Counted from the first letter of the stretch, positions 13,156 through 26,340 are shown. The stretch: 64,000 nt of DNA from Camelus ferus (GCF_009834535.1 NC_045701.1:7750001-7814000), one strand, 5' to 3'. Program-made: numbers and translations. The notes: generated by a model not told the origin, from the letters alone.

Positions 13156-13752
13156 TTACGGTTTATTGAGACATAGTTAGCTAATAAAATTGTAAGATAT
13201 TTAAAGTGTGCATCATGATTTGATATACATATGTATTGTAAAAGGATTCCTCCCATTTAGGTAAATTAACACGTCCTTCACCTCATGTATTTTTTTTTTT
13301 TTCTTTCTTTTTTTGATGAGAACATTTAAGTTCTACTCCCCTATCGTATTTCAGTTATGCAGGACTGTATTATTAACTATAGTCACCATGTTATACATTA
13401 GATCTACAGACGTTATTCATCCTTTCAGCTGAAAGTTTTTACTCTTTTAGCCCCCGAACCCCAGCGAACCACTTTTCTCCTGTGTTTCTGTAAGTTTGAC
13501 TTTTTTCCCCCCAGATTCCTCGTAAGTGATTCCACGCAGTATTTCTGTCTCTCTCTCTCTGACTTATTTCACTTAGCATAATGCCCTAAAGGTCCATTGG
13601 GTTGTTGCAGATAGCAGGATTTCCTTTTTTCCTTATGGGTGAATAATATTCCATCGTGTGAGTGTGTGTGTGTGTGTATGTATCATATCTTTATTCAGAC
13701 ATCCATTGATGGGCATTAGGTTATTTCCGTATCTTGGCTACAGTGAATGATT
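13156..13752 (-). mobile_element. 5'-truncated L1 3' end (L1MA-type)
   Basis: Antisense L1 3'UTR motifs. 13-bp TSD AAGCCAGATTTTT at 13143 and 13753. Confidence 0.85.
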
Positions 13753-14236
13753 AAGCCAGATTTTTATAATCTAATTTCTATCTTTAAGTCTGTGTTAGGA
13801 ATTTGCAGCACATGGCCTAACTATAAACTTGACTTTATCCACTTGCTTTAATAATAGGTACATATTTCTCTAAAATTTTAATTTTCATAGAAATGCAACT
13901 TTAATAAGAATTAGAACAACCCCTCTTTTAACAGTTGTTATTCTTAAATTATGGGTTAGAGATGATTTTTTGGGTGTGGATCTCTGTAAACTTTTCTAGA
14001 TTCAGTGAATATTTTGGAAGTAATACATATTTCTTTTATAATCTGACTTTTATGTTATTTTAAAATACAGCTTTACTTAATAAACTTAATAAAATGTGAA
14101 TTTTGTCTCTTTTTAGAATATAAAGTCCCTTTATAGTTATTACAGTTTTGTAAAAATATTTTTAAAGAGACTAGATAACTTGTTTTTTTGTTTTTTAAAC
14201 ACCATAGTTCTTTTTAAGTTTGATATTTTATTTTAG

Positions 14237-14321
14237 GACATATTGATGCATTTACTTCAAAGCTTTTCCTGCTAGAAGAAATTACCTCAGAAGAATTGAA
14301 AGAAAAACTTTCAGCACTCAA
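14237..14321 (+). CDS. ICE2: ICE2 coding exon, 85 nt
   Basis: ttttag|GACAT...CTCAA|gtaaga. Encodes (G)HIDAFTSKLFLLEEITSEELKEKLSAL(K). Phase 1 in matches the previous exon. Confidence 0.95.
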
Positions 14322-15596
14322 GTAAGAAACTTTAATTTGTAGTGGAAATTTTAAAACTCAATAGTATGATCACTAATTTTCATTTATCTCTAAATATATT
14401 GGTTAAGTTTAAATTATTTATTTTCAAGACTTTTAATCCTGTTGTACACTTCCCCTGACCCCATTTGTGATCCATTTCACATTAATCTTTTCTCTCTCCC
14501 AAGAAAATATACTAGTGGCACCAGTATTTCAGACGAGATTGGGTGTGTTCAGGGTGGTATGGCTGTAGACTGGCACCAGTATTTTTACTTAATACAAAGG
14601 AGGCTAGAAGAATACGATAGCCTACATCTTGGAGGTGTAAGGGAGCATACATCTCAGCCCTTTTTAGGGATGGGAAGATAGGACAGTCAGACTGTTAGCT
14701 CTCAGGACTGACATCATGACTTTTAAAAATCTGCCCTTCTACCAAGCATTACTGTACATCAGATTGAGATGAATTTAATTTGCATCTCACAGCTTTCCAG
14801 GAAGGACTGGTGTTAGTTTTATCTCTATTTTATGTATGAGGAAACTGGGACTGAGACTGACTTTCCCCAGAGCACGCAGCTGACCTGGAGTAACAACCTT
14901 GGTAGTTAATATGTTTGTTTTACCACTGAGGGTGGGGAGTTGTTCTGACTTTTATTAGTTGCATAGTTCCACTTTTGGGGCTTGTCACAGTGTTTGAAGG
15001 ATCCGACTTCAAACTTGAATTCTCTGCTTATACTTAAGCATCTGCTTCATTATAAGAACTGCTTCTTTTGAGGGGTAGCTTTTTATTTATTTATGTGAAT
15101 AGGAAAGCTTTTCCATACATTGCTCACTGCATGCCCTACATCCACCAGTGAAAACCATTTTTAAATAAATAATAAAGGCAGTGAGTTTAGGTCTAGAAAA
15201 GATACTAAATCAGTATGTTATATTTCATTTCCCTTTATTCTTTTAAAGTACCTTTCAGTTTCTTTGGAGTTCACCACTACCATATTTAAAAGGCAAACTC
15301 TTCTGCAGATTAGTTCTGCTGAAGATTTCTAAACATTTTAAAAATAATTATCTCTTTACAACTGCTGTACTCCCACAAACCAAATACTTTATGATTTTGA
15401 GGAGAAATTAAAAAATGGCAAAAATTAGGCAAATACTGTAGTTGAATCAAATTATAAATAAATATCGTTATTCTGGGTTTTACATATTTCATCTGTTGTT
15501 TTCTTTTGTTATTGAGGACATTTCATGAGGAGGCATAATTATTAAGAGTAAGCTATTTTGTCACTTAATTTTACATGAATTTCTTCTGTTTAATAG

Positions 15597-15647
15597 GATT
15601 TCAAGTTTATTTAACATCCTCCAACACATTCTAAGGAAACTAAGTAG
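15597..15647 (+). CDS. ICE2: ICE2 coding exon, 51 nt
   Basis: taatag|GATT...AGTAG|gtaagt. Encodes (K)ISSLFNILQHILRKLS(S), phase 2/2. Confidence 0.93.
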
Positions 15648-15837
15648 GTAAGTATTTTTTGGACATTTTGCATTGATATGTCTCATTTTCTTAGATGTTG
15701 TTAGCAATAAATAGGAAATAACCTAGCATACAAGATTTATTCTATTGTGTCAGAGTTGAAATTGTGAAAATATAAATAAGGTAATATAATAGTATTTGGC
15801 TTTAATGAGCTTACAGTTACCTTTTTCTATAAGGTTA

Positions 15838-17075
15838 TTGTAATGGTTTTCTATTGCCGCTGTAACAAATTACCACAAACTTAGTAGCTTAAAAAGGAGG
15901 TCAGTATCTGCAGTCAGTTTTCACTGATCTAAACTTGTGTCAGCAGAGCTGGCTCCTCCCGGAAGCTTTGAGGGAATAATCGTTTCTGTTTATTGATTTT
16001 CAGTTTTAGTGGCTACCTATATTTCTATTCTTTTTCAATTGAAAGGCAGTTGGTGTACAGTATTATGTTCGTTTCAGGTGTACTGCATAATGATTTGACA
16101 TTTGCATACATCATGAAATGATCACAGTAAGTCAGTAACCATCTGTCCCCATACAAAGTTACAACAATATTATTAATCATATTATTTATGCTGTATATTA
16201 CATCCTTGTGGCTTATGAATTTTAAAACTGGAGGTTTGTACCTCTTAAATCCCCTTTGCCTATTTCTCCCCCACACACCACCCTCCAGTAGCAACTACCT
16301 TTTTGTTTTCTGCTTCTGTAAGTCTGTTTTTGTTTTGTTTGTTTTGTTTTTCAGATTCTACATACAAGTGAGGTCATATGATATTTGTCTAAATACCCTT
16401 TAGATCCATCTATATTGTTGCAAATAGCAAGATTTCACTTTTTATCACTGAGTAATATTCCATAATATATGTGTATCACATCTTCTTTATCCATTTATCT
16501 ATCAGTGGACACTTACCTTGCTTCCATCTTGGTTATTGTAAATAATACTGTGGTGAACATTGGTGTGCATTTATCTTTTTGAATGAATGTTTTTGTACTC
16601 TTCAGATAAATACCCAGGAATGGAATTGTTGGATGATATAACAGTTCTATTTTAAATTTTTTGAGGAAAATCCGTGCTGTTTGCCATAGTGACTGCACCA
16701 ATTTATAATCCCACCAGCAGTACCCATGGGTTCCCTTTTCTCCATATCCTCCCCAGCACTTGTTATTTATTGTCTTTTTGATGATAGCCGTTCTGACAGG
16801 TGTGAAGTGGTATCTTATTGTGGTTTTGATTTGAATTTCCCTGATGATTAGTGATGTTGGGCATCTGTATATTTTCGTTGGAAAACTACCTGTATTTCTT
16901 GACCTGTGGCCCTCTACTCCATCTTCAGAGTACATCGCTCACATCTCTGCTTTCATTATCACATCGCATCCTTAATTGCATTTGCAAAGCCTCTGAAGGG
17001 TAACATTCATGAGTTTTGGAGACAGGATGTGGACGTCCTTGGGGAACATTATTCAGCCTTCCGTAGCTATACTGT
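15838..17075 (-). mobile_element. MLT1 LTR split by a younger L1
   Basis: MLT1 start ctattgccgctgtaacaaattaccacaaac. The LTR resumes at ~16900 and ends ggggaacattattcagcct. Confidence 0.7.
16027..16885 (-). mobile_element. 5'-truncated L1 (ORF2 C-terminus plus 3'UTR)
   Basis: ORF 16513..16935(-) reads [27 protein letters not shown]...LGIY, the L1 ORF2p C-terminal domain. TSD CTACCT(A/G)TATTTCT at 16013 and 16886. Confidence 0.9.
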
Positions 17076-17499
17076 TTACATTTTCGGGATGAGGAAGTAC
17101 CATAGAGCTAGTCATCAAGAGCCATTAGGTCCATAGAAAACCTTAGAATATAGATTCCCCACCTGATCATTTATTAAACCATTTCATTATGTGAACTAGC
17201 GTATTCCTTCTGTTATATATACCCTTAACAAAAGATAAACTAAAAAACAATTCAAGAGTTTGAACTAAAAGTCAAAAATCTCCAAGTTTTAACTCTCCAG
17301 CTTAACTTACTGTACAACTAGATAGATTCCTTAATTTATGAAATGATGGTGTTGAGTTAAGTGATTTCCTAGGTACTTTTCACTTCTGAGATTCTGTGAG
17401 TCTGGAGCAGGATTTTTACTTGATACATTTGATTCTTCATGTGAAGTACAGTGCTTAAACATGAAATTCGCCAGGTTCTTTTTAACATTTTATTATCGT

Positions 17500-17860
17500 T
17501 ATCTTAGTTTTCTACTGAAGCTGTAACAAATTGCCACAAAATTAATGTAAAACAACATGAGTTTATTAACTTCTAGTTCTGTGAGTCAGGAGCCGAACGG
17601 GGGTCTTTTTGGGCTAGAATCAAGGTGTGATTTTTCTGCCTTCTTTTCTGTAGGCTCTGGGTGTGGTCTGTTTACTTGACTTTTGTATACTCTGGAGGCC
17701 ACTTGCATTCCTTGGCTTTTGGCCCTCTTCCTTTCCTCCCTCTTCAGAGTTTCAGAAGCAAGTTGAGTCCTCTTTACGTCACGTCACTCTCACCTCTCTC
17801 ACAGTCACATCTCCCTCTGAGGCTCATTCTTCCCTGTAAAACAAAGCTTTTTTCATTTTT
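17500..17860 (-). mobile_element. MLT1 LTR fragment
   Basis: ctgtaacaaattgccacaaa...gtttattaacttctagttctgtgagtcagg. Confidence 0.65.
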
Positions 17861-19089
17861 ACTGAAGGTAGTTAAAATATAATGTTTCCACTGATAAAAA
17901 CTCAATCTTTGAAATGTTACTTCTTCCTACTGTCAAATTAATTATTATTAATTTCCTTATATGGAAATATGAAAGTAATTGGGGGAAAATGATAAGAATA
18001 ATTCTCTGAGCCTCTTTTGTGAACACCTGTTACTCTTCTGTTTGAATAAATGAATGAAAATGTAACTTACCAGGTTTGAGGAAGAATCCCTGTAAGTATG
18101 ACTAGTCCTTATTTTTAATGATACTTTGTGGGAAAGGACTGATGTTCTCCTCAGCACCTTTGAGCCAAACAAGTATGAAATCCCAGAAAAGCACAGTATG
18201 TTCATCATATCCTTTTACCTCTCTGTGTTAATACACTGAATTCCTTAAAGCTTTCTAAGGAGAGAGGGAAAATGTAGATCTGATGTTTGACAGAACTGAT
18301 TATTGTGTCAGTAGGGGATCATAATTAACAGTATAGCTGTGGTTTTTGGCTGCCAAGGTTTATGTCCAAGTCCTGCACTCAGAACTTTGGGCAAATTACT
18401 TAGCATCTGTGATGTCTGTTAATCTCTGATATGGGGCTAATAATTAATATTATGCCTTGAAGGTTTGTTGTAGAGGATTTAATGACAGAATGGATGTAAG
18501 CAGTACAGCAGTCATTAGCTCGCGATGAGCGCTCAGTATCTATTAACTGGTGTGGTTCCTCTTACTCTGACAGCCCCTTTTGTTGTGCTGTGACTGTTCC
18601 ATCGACTGTTTCTGTCGCTTTATTTAAACTTCTCAGTGCAGTGAATCTGTCACATGCACTTTTCTATCTCTATTCACCTAGTAGTAGATGCAAAGTAGAT
18701 GCAGTGTTTGTTATAATCAGTTTAAATGCTGTGGCTAGGAATGGTATGTATATGTCCTCATAAAATGCTTTTCGGTATGTGTTGTCCCTGGATGAGAGAC
18801 GTAGGCAGACTATTTGTTTCCCATTAAGTTACTGAACACTTAGAAACTGACATAACAGTGGGAGGAAAATAATTGCAGATCCTGAACTTTGGAAAAAATT
18901 AAAATTAGTTGCTGAAAAGCATGAAAATAGTTTAAAAGACTCTTATTTTACTTGGTCATAAAAGTATTTTTAGGAGTGGTCTCGCATTCCTATAATTGTT
19001 TTCAATTTTACCGATAGATCATGATTAATAAAGTGTTACTGAAACTGACACAGGGACCCAGTGAGTTGAGTTTCACTGTGTGGATTTAG

Positions 19090-19348
19090 TTTGCAGGAGG
19101 GTTCCTACTTGTTGTCTCATGCAGCAGAAGATTCTTCACTCCTGATCTACAAGACCTCTGATGGAAAAGTTACTAGGACAGCATACAATTTGCATAAAAC
19201 ACATTGCAGCCTTCCTGGTGTACCCTCTAGTCTCTCAGTGCCCTGGGTCCCCTTGGATCCCAGCCTCCTACTGCCATATCATATCCATCATGGAAGAATA
19301 CCTTGTACTTTTCCGCCTAAATCACTAGGTCCCACAACACAACAAAAG
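19090..19348 (+). CDS. ICE2: ICE2 coding exon, 259 nt
   Basis: atttag|TTTGCAG...CAAAAG|gtaaga. Encodes LQEGSYLLSHAAEDSS...GRIPCTFPPKSLGPTTQQK (ORF track 19091..19363). Confidence 0.95.
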
Positions 19349-22227
19349 GTAAGACTTTTTTGAAATTACATGTTCCACTGTTTATTATTAATCTGTTTCA
19401 CTGACTGTACAGTATCTCAGCCTGATGTCCACATTTGCCATGTCAATCACAGTGCCATTCTGAAAGCTGTATCTTTAGGAAGGATAGATGAAGTTATATG
19501 CTTTGCTGAGCCCAGTCATCGTGTCAGTGAAACTTTGTATTTTTGTCAGGTTTATAAGTAAGTCAACTGAAGAAAATCCTGTTAGCTTGCCCGGTGAGGG
19601 CACGGAGAAGGCAACCACATAGTTAAATCCCTGTGTTCCTATGAAAAGCAGAGTTTTGCAATTTTTTGCAGTTTTTATTTATGTATACTGTATACTGTTT
19701 CATTTCATTAAATATTTGAGGCAATTTGCAGAAGAATACCTACAATAAAATTATGATGGTACAATTAAAAATTGATAAGTAGGATATGGAAAAATATAAA
19801 AACAAGTATTAGTAATTCATGAATGCAGTGCCTTATTAAAAGTACAATAAAATGTTAAGGACTAGATTGTGTCTTGTTAAGTATTTTATAACTCAGTATT
19901 TTAGTTATAATTAGTATTATTTTCTTTATGGAATCTTTCCCAGAATACCAGTTGAATGATATTTCTCTATCTGAAACTTCTTTTAAAGCCACAGCTGGAG
20001 ATACTCTTTACCATGCCACTCATTCTTTACATCATGTAAGAAGTTCCAGTTTGGGTTTAGTTAAAGGAGAAGTTTTATTTTCTACAGATGAATCTGGGTG
20101 TTCAGTAAATAGTAGCACAGTGTATTTTCCTTCCCCGGTGCAAAAAATCTTTGAGTCAGAATTACTGTCTGAGTTCTAGACCCTTCTTAATATGTTTGCC
20201 CCCAGAACATGTACCATTTGTATATCCAGTGGATAGTTTCTGTTCTTTTTTTTCTTTCTATGTTACATTAAATTAATCTAAATGTCCTCAAGTCCTTTTG
20301 AGAAATAGCTAGAAAGCAAATAATAAGGATTTTTCTCTAATTTACAGTGGTTTTATAGTTTACAGGAATTATTTATATTTTTCACTTCTCCACCCTCATG
20401 TTGTTATTGGGAGGACCTTTTTAGAAGTGACAACTTCTTTCATAGTCTCAGTTAACTTTGGCCAGGAAAACATATAAATGTGTTTAACCAATTGGGGCAA
20501 ATGAAAGAATGGAGAGAGTTAGTTATTTTATAACCTCCAAAGACAACAATTTCTTGAGTTAAAAATAATAATTGAAAACTATTTTTGAAGTATTTATGTT
20601 ATTTCTGGGAGAATGATTTCCTTTTAATTTAGCAGCTCTGATTATAGTTTCACCTATAACATTTAATTCTATACAAGACTGGCTTTTTCCTTTTTAGTGA
20701 AAATGAGCTGTTTAGTATCTTGACACAATTCTGTATGTTCAGGGTTTAGCCACAAAAAGTTAAACAACTTAATTATGTATACACTGAGCATTTGTTGATT
20801 TCTGTTTTTTAAGATGCCTCATTCATTCACTCCAGGGACAGATAGTTGGTGAGATTATCTGGGACCAGGTTGTTGTACAGCCTAGCATTAGGTCCAGTAG
20901 AACACCAGATAACCAGTGCATAGTTTAATGTTTTACCAAGTCCGTCGTAAGTTTTTGGTGATCTCTTACATACCTCCCTACAGTCTAGCTCTGCATTTGG
21001 TGGGAATACCCCATCTTTCTCCCATACTGCTTCCTAGCAAGGCCTTAGGAATGGGACCTTCTAGTCCAAACAGGCTAAACACAGATAAGGATTCCAGCTT
21101 TAGCAGCAAAGGAAAAGACCACAGCTTTAGGAACTCTGAGAAAGTAAGATATTTGAAACAGAAATCATCTACATACTTCCTGATCTAAAAACTCATGTAA
21201 CAGGGGTCTCTGCCTCTAACACAATTCCTTAGTCCCTAGTCTACTGAACTCAGACCTCATCCTTGTCCAGTGCCTTAGGCGCTGACCCTGAGGGATACCC
21301 CAGTATGGCCTGTGTCCGCCTCCTGCTCCATCAAGCAGAGCGTAATGGGAGGACCCACCTGCTTCCTGTGCTGCTCCTGACTTCTTCCCACTCGAGCCCT
21401 CCTGCGGTGGCCCTGTGCCTGTCTGTTTTCTCCTTCCACAGCTTCTGTAATCAACGTGGATTACACATAACACACCCATGTGCACACACACACATGATCT
21501 CTCAATGAAAGGGTCAGAATGCTTGCTTTCTTCAACAATATAGTAGATACAATTAGTGTGATCAGTATACTTTTATAGTAAATACCAACTGAGTGGGGAG
21601 GGATAAGATGATCTAAAAATCACAGCAGTTTTCCAATCAGTCGGTTACAGAACTTCATCAGATTCAGACAGACAAACTGGCAGACTCAAATCCCAACTCA
21701 GGTTTGTCTTTTTCAGTCATCTAATTGTACACCAAGAAATGCCCCTAAAGAGACAAGAGATTAGGTGAGGGAAGCTGAAGTTTGATTCATTCTTAGTGAG
21801 CCAGTGGCCCCTTGGAGCTACTTGGTAATACTTCTGTTGTATAAGGAACATGAGAAATGAATATGGTTGGAATTACATCTTGCTTCCAGGTCTGGAGTGC
21901 ACTGGACAAGGTGTGAAGGAATGGAAAGGGTGCAAGGTCACTAGAGAAGATAGAAGCAGTTATGGACAGGTTCCAGGGAAATGGTTTCAGGCTGTACAGC
22001 GTTGGTCCTTCTCCGCAAAGCCTAGGTTTTTCCATTACCCCATTTAAAACTTTATGCTCTCTCAGTGGCCAGGGGATGACAGCATTTCCAGGACTACAAT
22101 TAGCTAGGGATTACGTCCTAAGAGTATACTCTTTCTTCCCTGGACTGTGTGAGCTGGAAAGCAGGAGGGAGCAGCAGCTTGTGCTGAGAAAGAGTAGATG
22201 TTAAGGTAGAACCAGCACCCCGACAGT

Positions 22228-22560
22228 TTCTTCCCTCTTCGTCCTCCTTCCTCTTTTCCATTCTCCGCGGTCTCCTTCAATTTTCCCTTCTCCCTTTTCT
22301 TTATCTTTTTCTTGCTCTTCTCTTTCAGCTCCTCAATTTTCCTTTGAAATTGAGTTCTTTTCTTTTCCCTTCCTTTCACATTTGTTCTTTTTTTCCTTCT
22401 TCTCTTTTGGACTCTTTTGTTTTACTTACTCTTTATCTCCTTCTCCATTTTTAATTTCCTCTCCCTCTTTACCACCCCTGACCTACTTCTTGTATTTCCT
22501 TCCTCTCCCTTACTGTTTTTCATTTCTCTTTTCTCCTCCTCTTCAGCTTGATTTTTCTAA
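22228..22560. repeat. Low-complexity polypyrimidine (CT-rich) tract
   Basis: ~330 nt almost entirely C/T on the + strand. Confidence 0.8.
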
Positions 22561-22887
22561 GCAAATTGATCAAAAGGCCTGTCATTCCCTCATTTTCTCA
22601 TTTAGCATTTCAGACTCTTCCAAATTTAACAATGAAGAGCGGTTTTCCTCTTCACTTTTCTCCATCTACTCTGATTTATCCCCTTCCCTGACTGTTGTTT
22701 GGAAATTTAGTACTTTAAAACTGTGTCAGATTAAAGCTTACTTAGAAGCAAAAAGTGACTAGAGATTAAAAATGTATAAAGGGCCATTTGCAAGTTAATT
22801 AGTCCATGTGTAAATAATACAGAGTTGACTGTATTAAGGTATGTTGTAAACATGTTATTCCATCCTGTTCTTTGCTTTATCTCTTAG

Positions 22888-23010
22888 ATTGGTGGAACAA
22901 GAATGCCTACCCGCAGCCGCAGGAATTCAGTTTCCATGGAAGCCAAAAGCCTGCCTGCTCAGCAAGTTGAAAATGAAGGAGTGGCTCCAAGTAAAAGAAA
23001 AATAACTTAA
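22888..23010 (+). CDS. ICE2: ICE2 terminal coding exon to stop codon
   Basis: Pyrimidine tract then ctcttag|ATT. Encodes IGGTRMPTRSRRNSVSMEAKSLPAQQVENEGVAPSKRKIT*, TAA at 23008-23010. Confidence 0.93.
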   Translation: MGGTRMPTRSRRNSVSMEAKSLPAQQVENEGVAPSKRKIT

Positions 23011-23600
23011 GCCCTGGAAAATGAAGAAAAGCCAGTTATAACCATAGAAAACAAAGAAAAGCCAGTTATAACAGTGTTCAGTTTAGAAGAGTTTGAGGGG
23101 CAAAGAGAACATTTTTCTTTTAGTGTCCTTGGGAGTTCTTAGAGTGCCTTGAAAAAACATGTTGGCGATGGGAAGCAGTATTCCACCCAAAACAGAATGT
23201 TGTGCTCTTAACACCTGACGTTCGATGAGATTCTAGATACATTTTAACATTATCATGGCAGGGAAGTATAGAGAAGAAAATATTTTTGTAGTAGACCTTT
23301 TCCAAAAATTGTAAATAGGAAAATAATTTGCTTTTTTAAAGAGCAATATTTATCATTATATATTATGTTAATAATTTGAGTTGTATTGCCAGTCTGTTGA
23401 GATTGACTCAAAAGGTTAAATCTTACTGCTGTCAGAGATAATTTTGAGTTAAGTAAACCTTATTTCTGACCCATTATGACAGTTTTTATATACTACTTTA
23501 AAATGATGATTGTTGCAGGTTAATGAAGTTAGTACCTTTAAAAATTTGGTGAAATTCCATTGCAGAAGCCAAAAATAAAAAACCCTCTGCCTCTGAAAAT
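23011..23600 (+). other. ICE2: ICE2 3'UTR, minimum extent to the first AATAAA
   Basis: Follows the stop codon. AATAAA at 23574-23579 and again at 25040-25045. The true cleavage site cannot be determined from sequence. Confidence 0.5.
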
Positions 23601-24879
23601 ATACAAGTAAGTTAACACTTTTTTGTTGGGCAACCATCAGTTTGTTTAAAAAAAAAAACAAAAACTTTTGTGGTTGAACAGGTTTGTTGAGGAATGCCTC
23701 TGTCTCTTGTCACAAATCCAGGCTGAGTGTTGAAATACATTACTAAAAGCAAAGAGCTGAGTATATTTTCTCAACATATCTCATGTTTCAACTGATAAGA
23801 CTAATGTGTGGTAAAACAGATGCTGTGTTTTTCTCATCTGCAAAGATTCAATTCAATTATTGTGGATAATTTAAATTTTGCAGGACCACGGAGGTGAATT
23901 TGGAAAAGGGCATGATCAATTAATGTTATTGGAGCAAATTTGGACTTAAGAAGGGATGGACTTAATTTTTTAATTCCTCTTTAATGTGCACCGAACACGT
24001 GCATCATTTGTAAAATACAAACTTTGTAATCCAAGGCGGTATTTGCTTTGTTTTTGGAATTTTTTATGCATTTTTATATTAATATAAGACATTAGTCCTC
24101 GAAACTTTCTCAACTATTATAAGAAACTAGTAAGTATTTTTTTACTACCGAGTTTTGATTTTCTTGGTTGTTTATAAAATATTTTTTTAATTAATGAGTA
24201 ATTATTGTAAAATCTTTAAATTTATTTTAATATATAATTTCCTCATCCTTTCATTCCCTTTTTAAAATATTGAGCTTTGTTTTCAGTGGACTTGATGGTT
24301 TGTGCTTTTTTTCTTTTTATAATTTTGTCACGTACCCACATTTCCCAGAAATATTTCAGTTGTGAATCACTTGGCAGTGAAGCAAGGGAGATGCAGGGAT
24401 TCCCTTGGAATTTGCTCTTTTAAAAAAGCTAGACAATGATTGCTTCAGACTTCTGAATACTGGAGAGACTTGGCTTTCATTTTTTTACTGTTCCTTTTTA
24501 GTAAAATGTGATCTTGCAAGTGGTTATTTTGAAATTATCTTAGCCATTTATTTGAGAAACCCTGATAATATATATAAAGCCAGTCTTAGTTTTCTACTTG
24601 TGCTGAATCAAGCTTCTTTTTTCTAATGTATATTGGATCTTGTGTTCTTTTTCTTAATTTTTAGTATTGAGAATGTATAAACAATAATATGGTGTTGACA
24701 GTATGAGCAAATATTTAAAAAAAAAAAAAAGCAGACCCAGTGTTGGCAAGAGTATGATGAGCCTGGGCCACTTATACCTCTGTGGAGAAGGTATAAATAC
24801 TTCATTCACTAAATGTTTGAGTGCATCTGTGTGCTATGTAATCTAAAGCAGGTCCCCACAGTTACTCATAACATTCTTT

Positions 24880-25700
24880 TTTCACATATCACAGTATTTG
24901 TTCATTTGACTTACTGTCTTCTCGAATAGACTACAAGCTGTACAAGGATAATATATATTTGTTTTGTTCACTGTTATGTAACAAACACCTAAGACAATAT
25001 CTGTTGTATAGTTGCTTACTGATAAAAGTTGGATGTACGAATAAATGAATGTTTAGATATCGAGGATAGATTTTTTTCCCTAGGAGCTTACATTCTAGTG
25101 GAAGGCACAGTAGTGATCTATGTGATAAGTAATAAAGTAATATAAGAAGGTCATCTAACCTGGACTTGATAATTAAGGAACGGTTTCTGAGATAAACCTT
25201 GCGATGAGTCTTTGAAAAATGAGTAAGTGCTATAAGGAGAGAATGAAAGATCTTCCATGCAGAAAGAAAGCAGCATGTGCAAAGGTGAAAGATGGCCAGA
25301 CTGTAGGCTGTGAACATGGGAGATGACAGAAGCTGTAGGAAAGGGGCACACGTGCCATGCTGTAGCATTTGAATTTTGTCCTGGGCAATGTAGGAAACAG
25401 TACTGACTTTTAGTAAAAATAAATAACATGATCAGGTACTTTTTTTTTTTTTTAACCTTCTTGGCATTAGTCCAGACAATGGAACGGAGCTGGGAAAGAC
25501 TGTAGGGAAGGAGAAAAGTTGGAAAGCTGTGTTGTAGTAACTGAGAAATGGTAAAGGCCCTGAGTTAGAACAGTAAGAGTAGGGATGGGCTCAGGTGATA
25601 GGAGAAAAGAAAGGTAACTTGGTGATACAGTTGTTAGGGAGAGTCATATATGGCTTCCAGGCTTCTCATTTGGGACACCGGGTAAGTAACAATGTCACTT
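24880..25700 (-). mobile_element. L2 fragments
   Basis: L2 motifs such as ggagcttacattctagtgg and agcatgtgcaaagg. Boundaries approximate. Confidence 0.55.
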
Positions 25701-25799
25701 AGTGAGAAAGTACGAGGAGGGGTGCGATTACAGGGGAAGAGAGCTCACTTACAATGTTCATTTTCTCTCAGCATTTCTATTCCTTGGATTCTGGGTCCG

Positions 25800-26340
25800 G
25801 GTGTGCTCTTATTGCTGAATAATAAATTACCCCAAAACTTAGCTAGTTAAATTAAACCACAAATAATTATTATCTCAGAGTTTCTGTGGGTCAGGAGTCT
25901 GGAGGCAGCTTAGCTGGGTGCCCCTGGCTCAAGGTCTCTCATAAAGTTGCACTCAAGCTGTTGACTGGGGCTGCAGTCATCTGAAGGTTTGCCTGGGGTA
26001 GAGCATCTGCTTCCAAGAAAGCTCACTCGTGGTGGTGGTGGTGGTGGTGGTGGTGGTGGTGGAGGAAGTCCTCAGTCTCTCACTGATTGTTAGCAGGAAG
26101 CCTCATCCTCACCACGTGTACCTCTCCATAGGTCTGCTTGAGTGTCCTCGTGACATAGCAGCTGACTCACCCTAGAGTGAGCGATCCATGGGAGAGCAAG
26201 GAGGAAGCCCCAGTGTCTCGTGGCCTCGTCCTGTAAGTCAAACACTGTCACATATACCATATTCTCCTTGTTAGAAATAAGTCACTAAGTCCACACTCAG
26301 GCTTCACCTCTTGAAGGGACAAATATAAAAGGATTTTGTG
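25800..26340 (-). mobile_element. MLT1F-like solo LTR containing a (GGT)n microsatellite at ~26029-26061
   Basis: attgctgaataataaattaccccaaaacttagc...ccacctcttgaaggga. Confidence 0.8.

Noticed and set aside
16513-16935. 140-aa ORF as a host gene
   Set aside because: It is the L1 ORF2p C-terminal remnant.
15648-19089. U12-type intron as an explanation for weak acceptors
   Set aside because: Donors are GTAAGT or GTAAGA, not GTATCCTT or ATATCCTT.
22104-22762. Lys/Glu-rich (-) and Phe/Ser/Leu-rich (+) ORFs
   Set aside because: Both are translations of the low-complexity CT tract.
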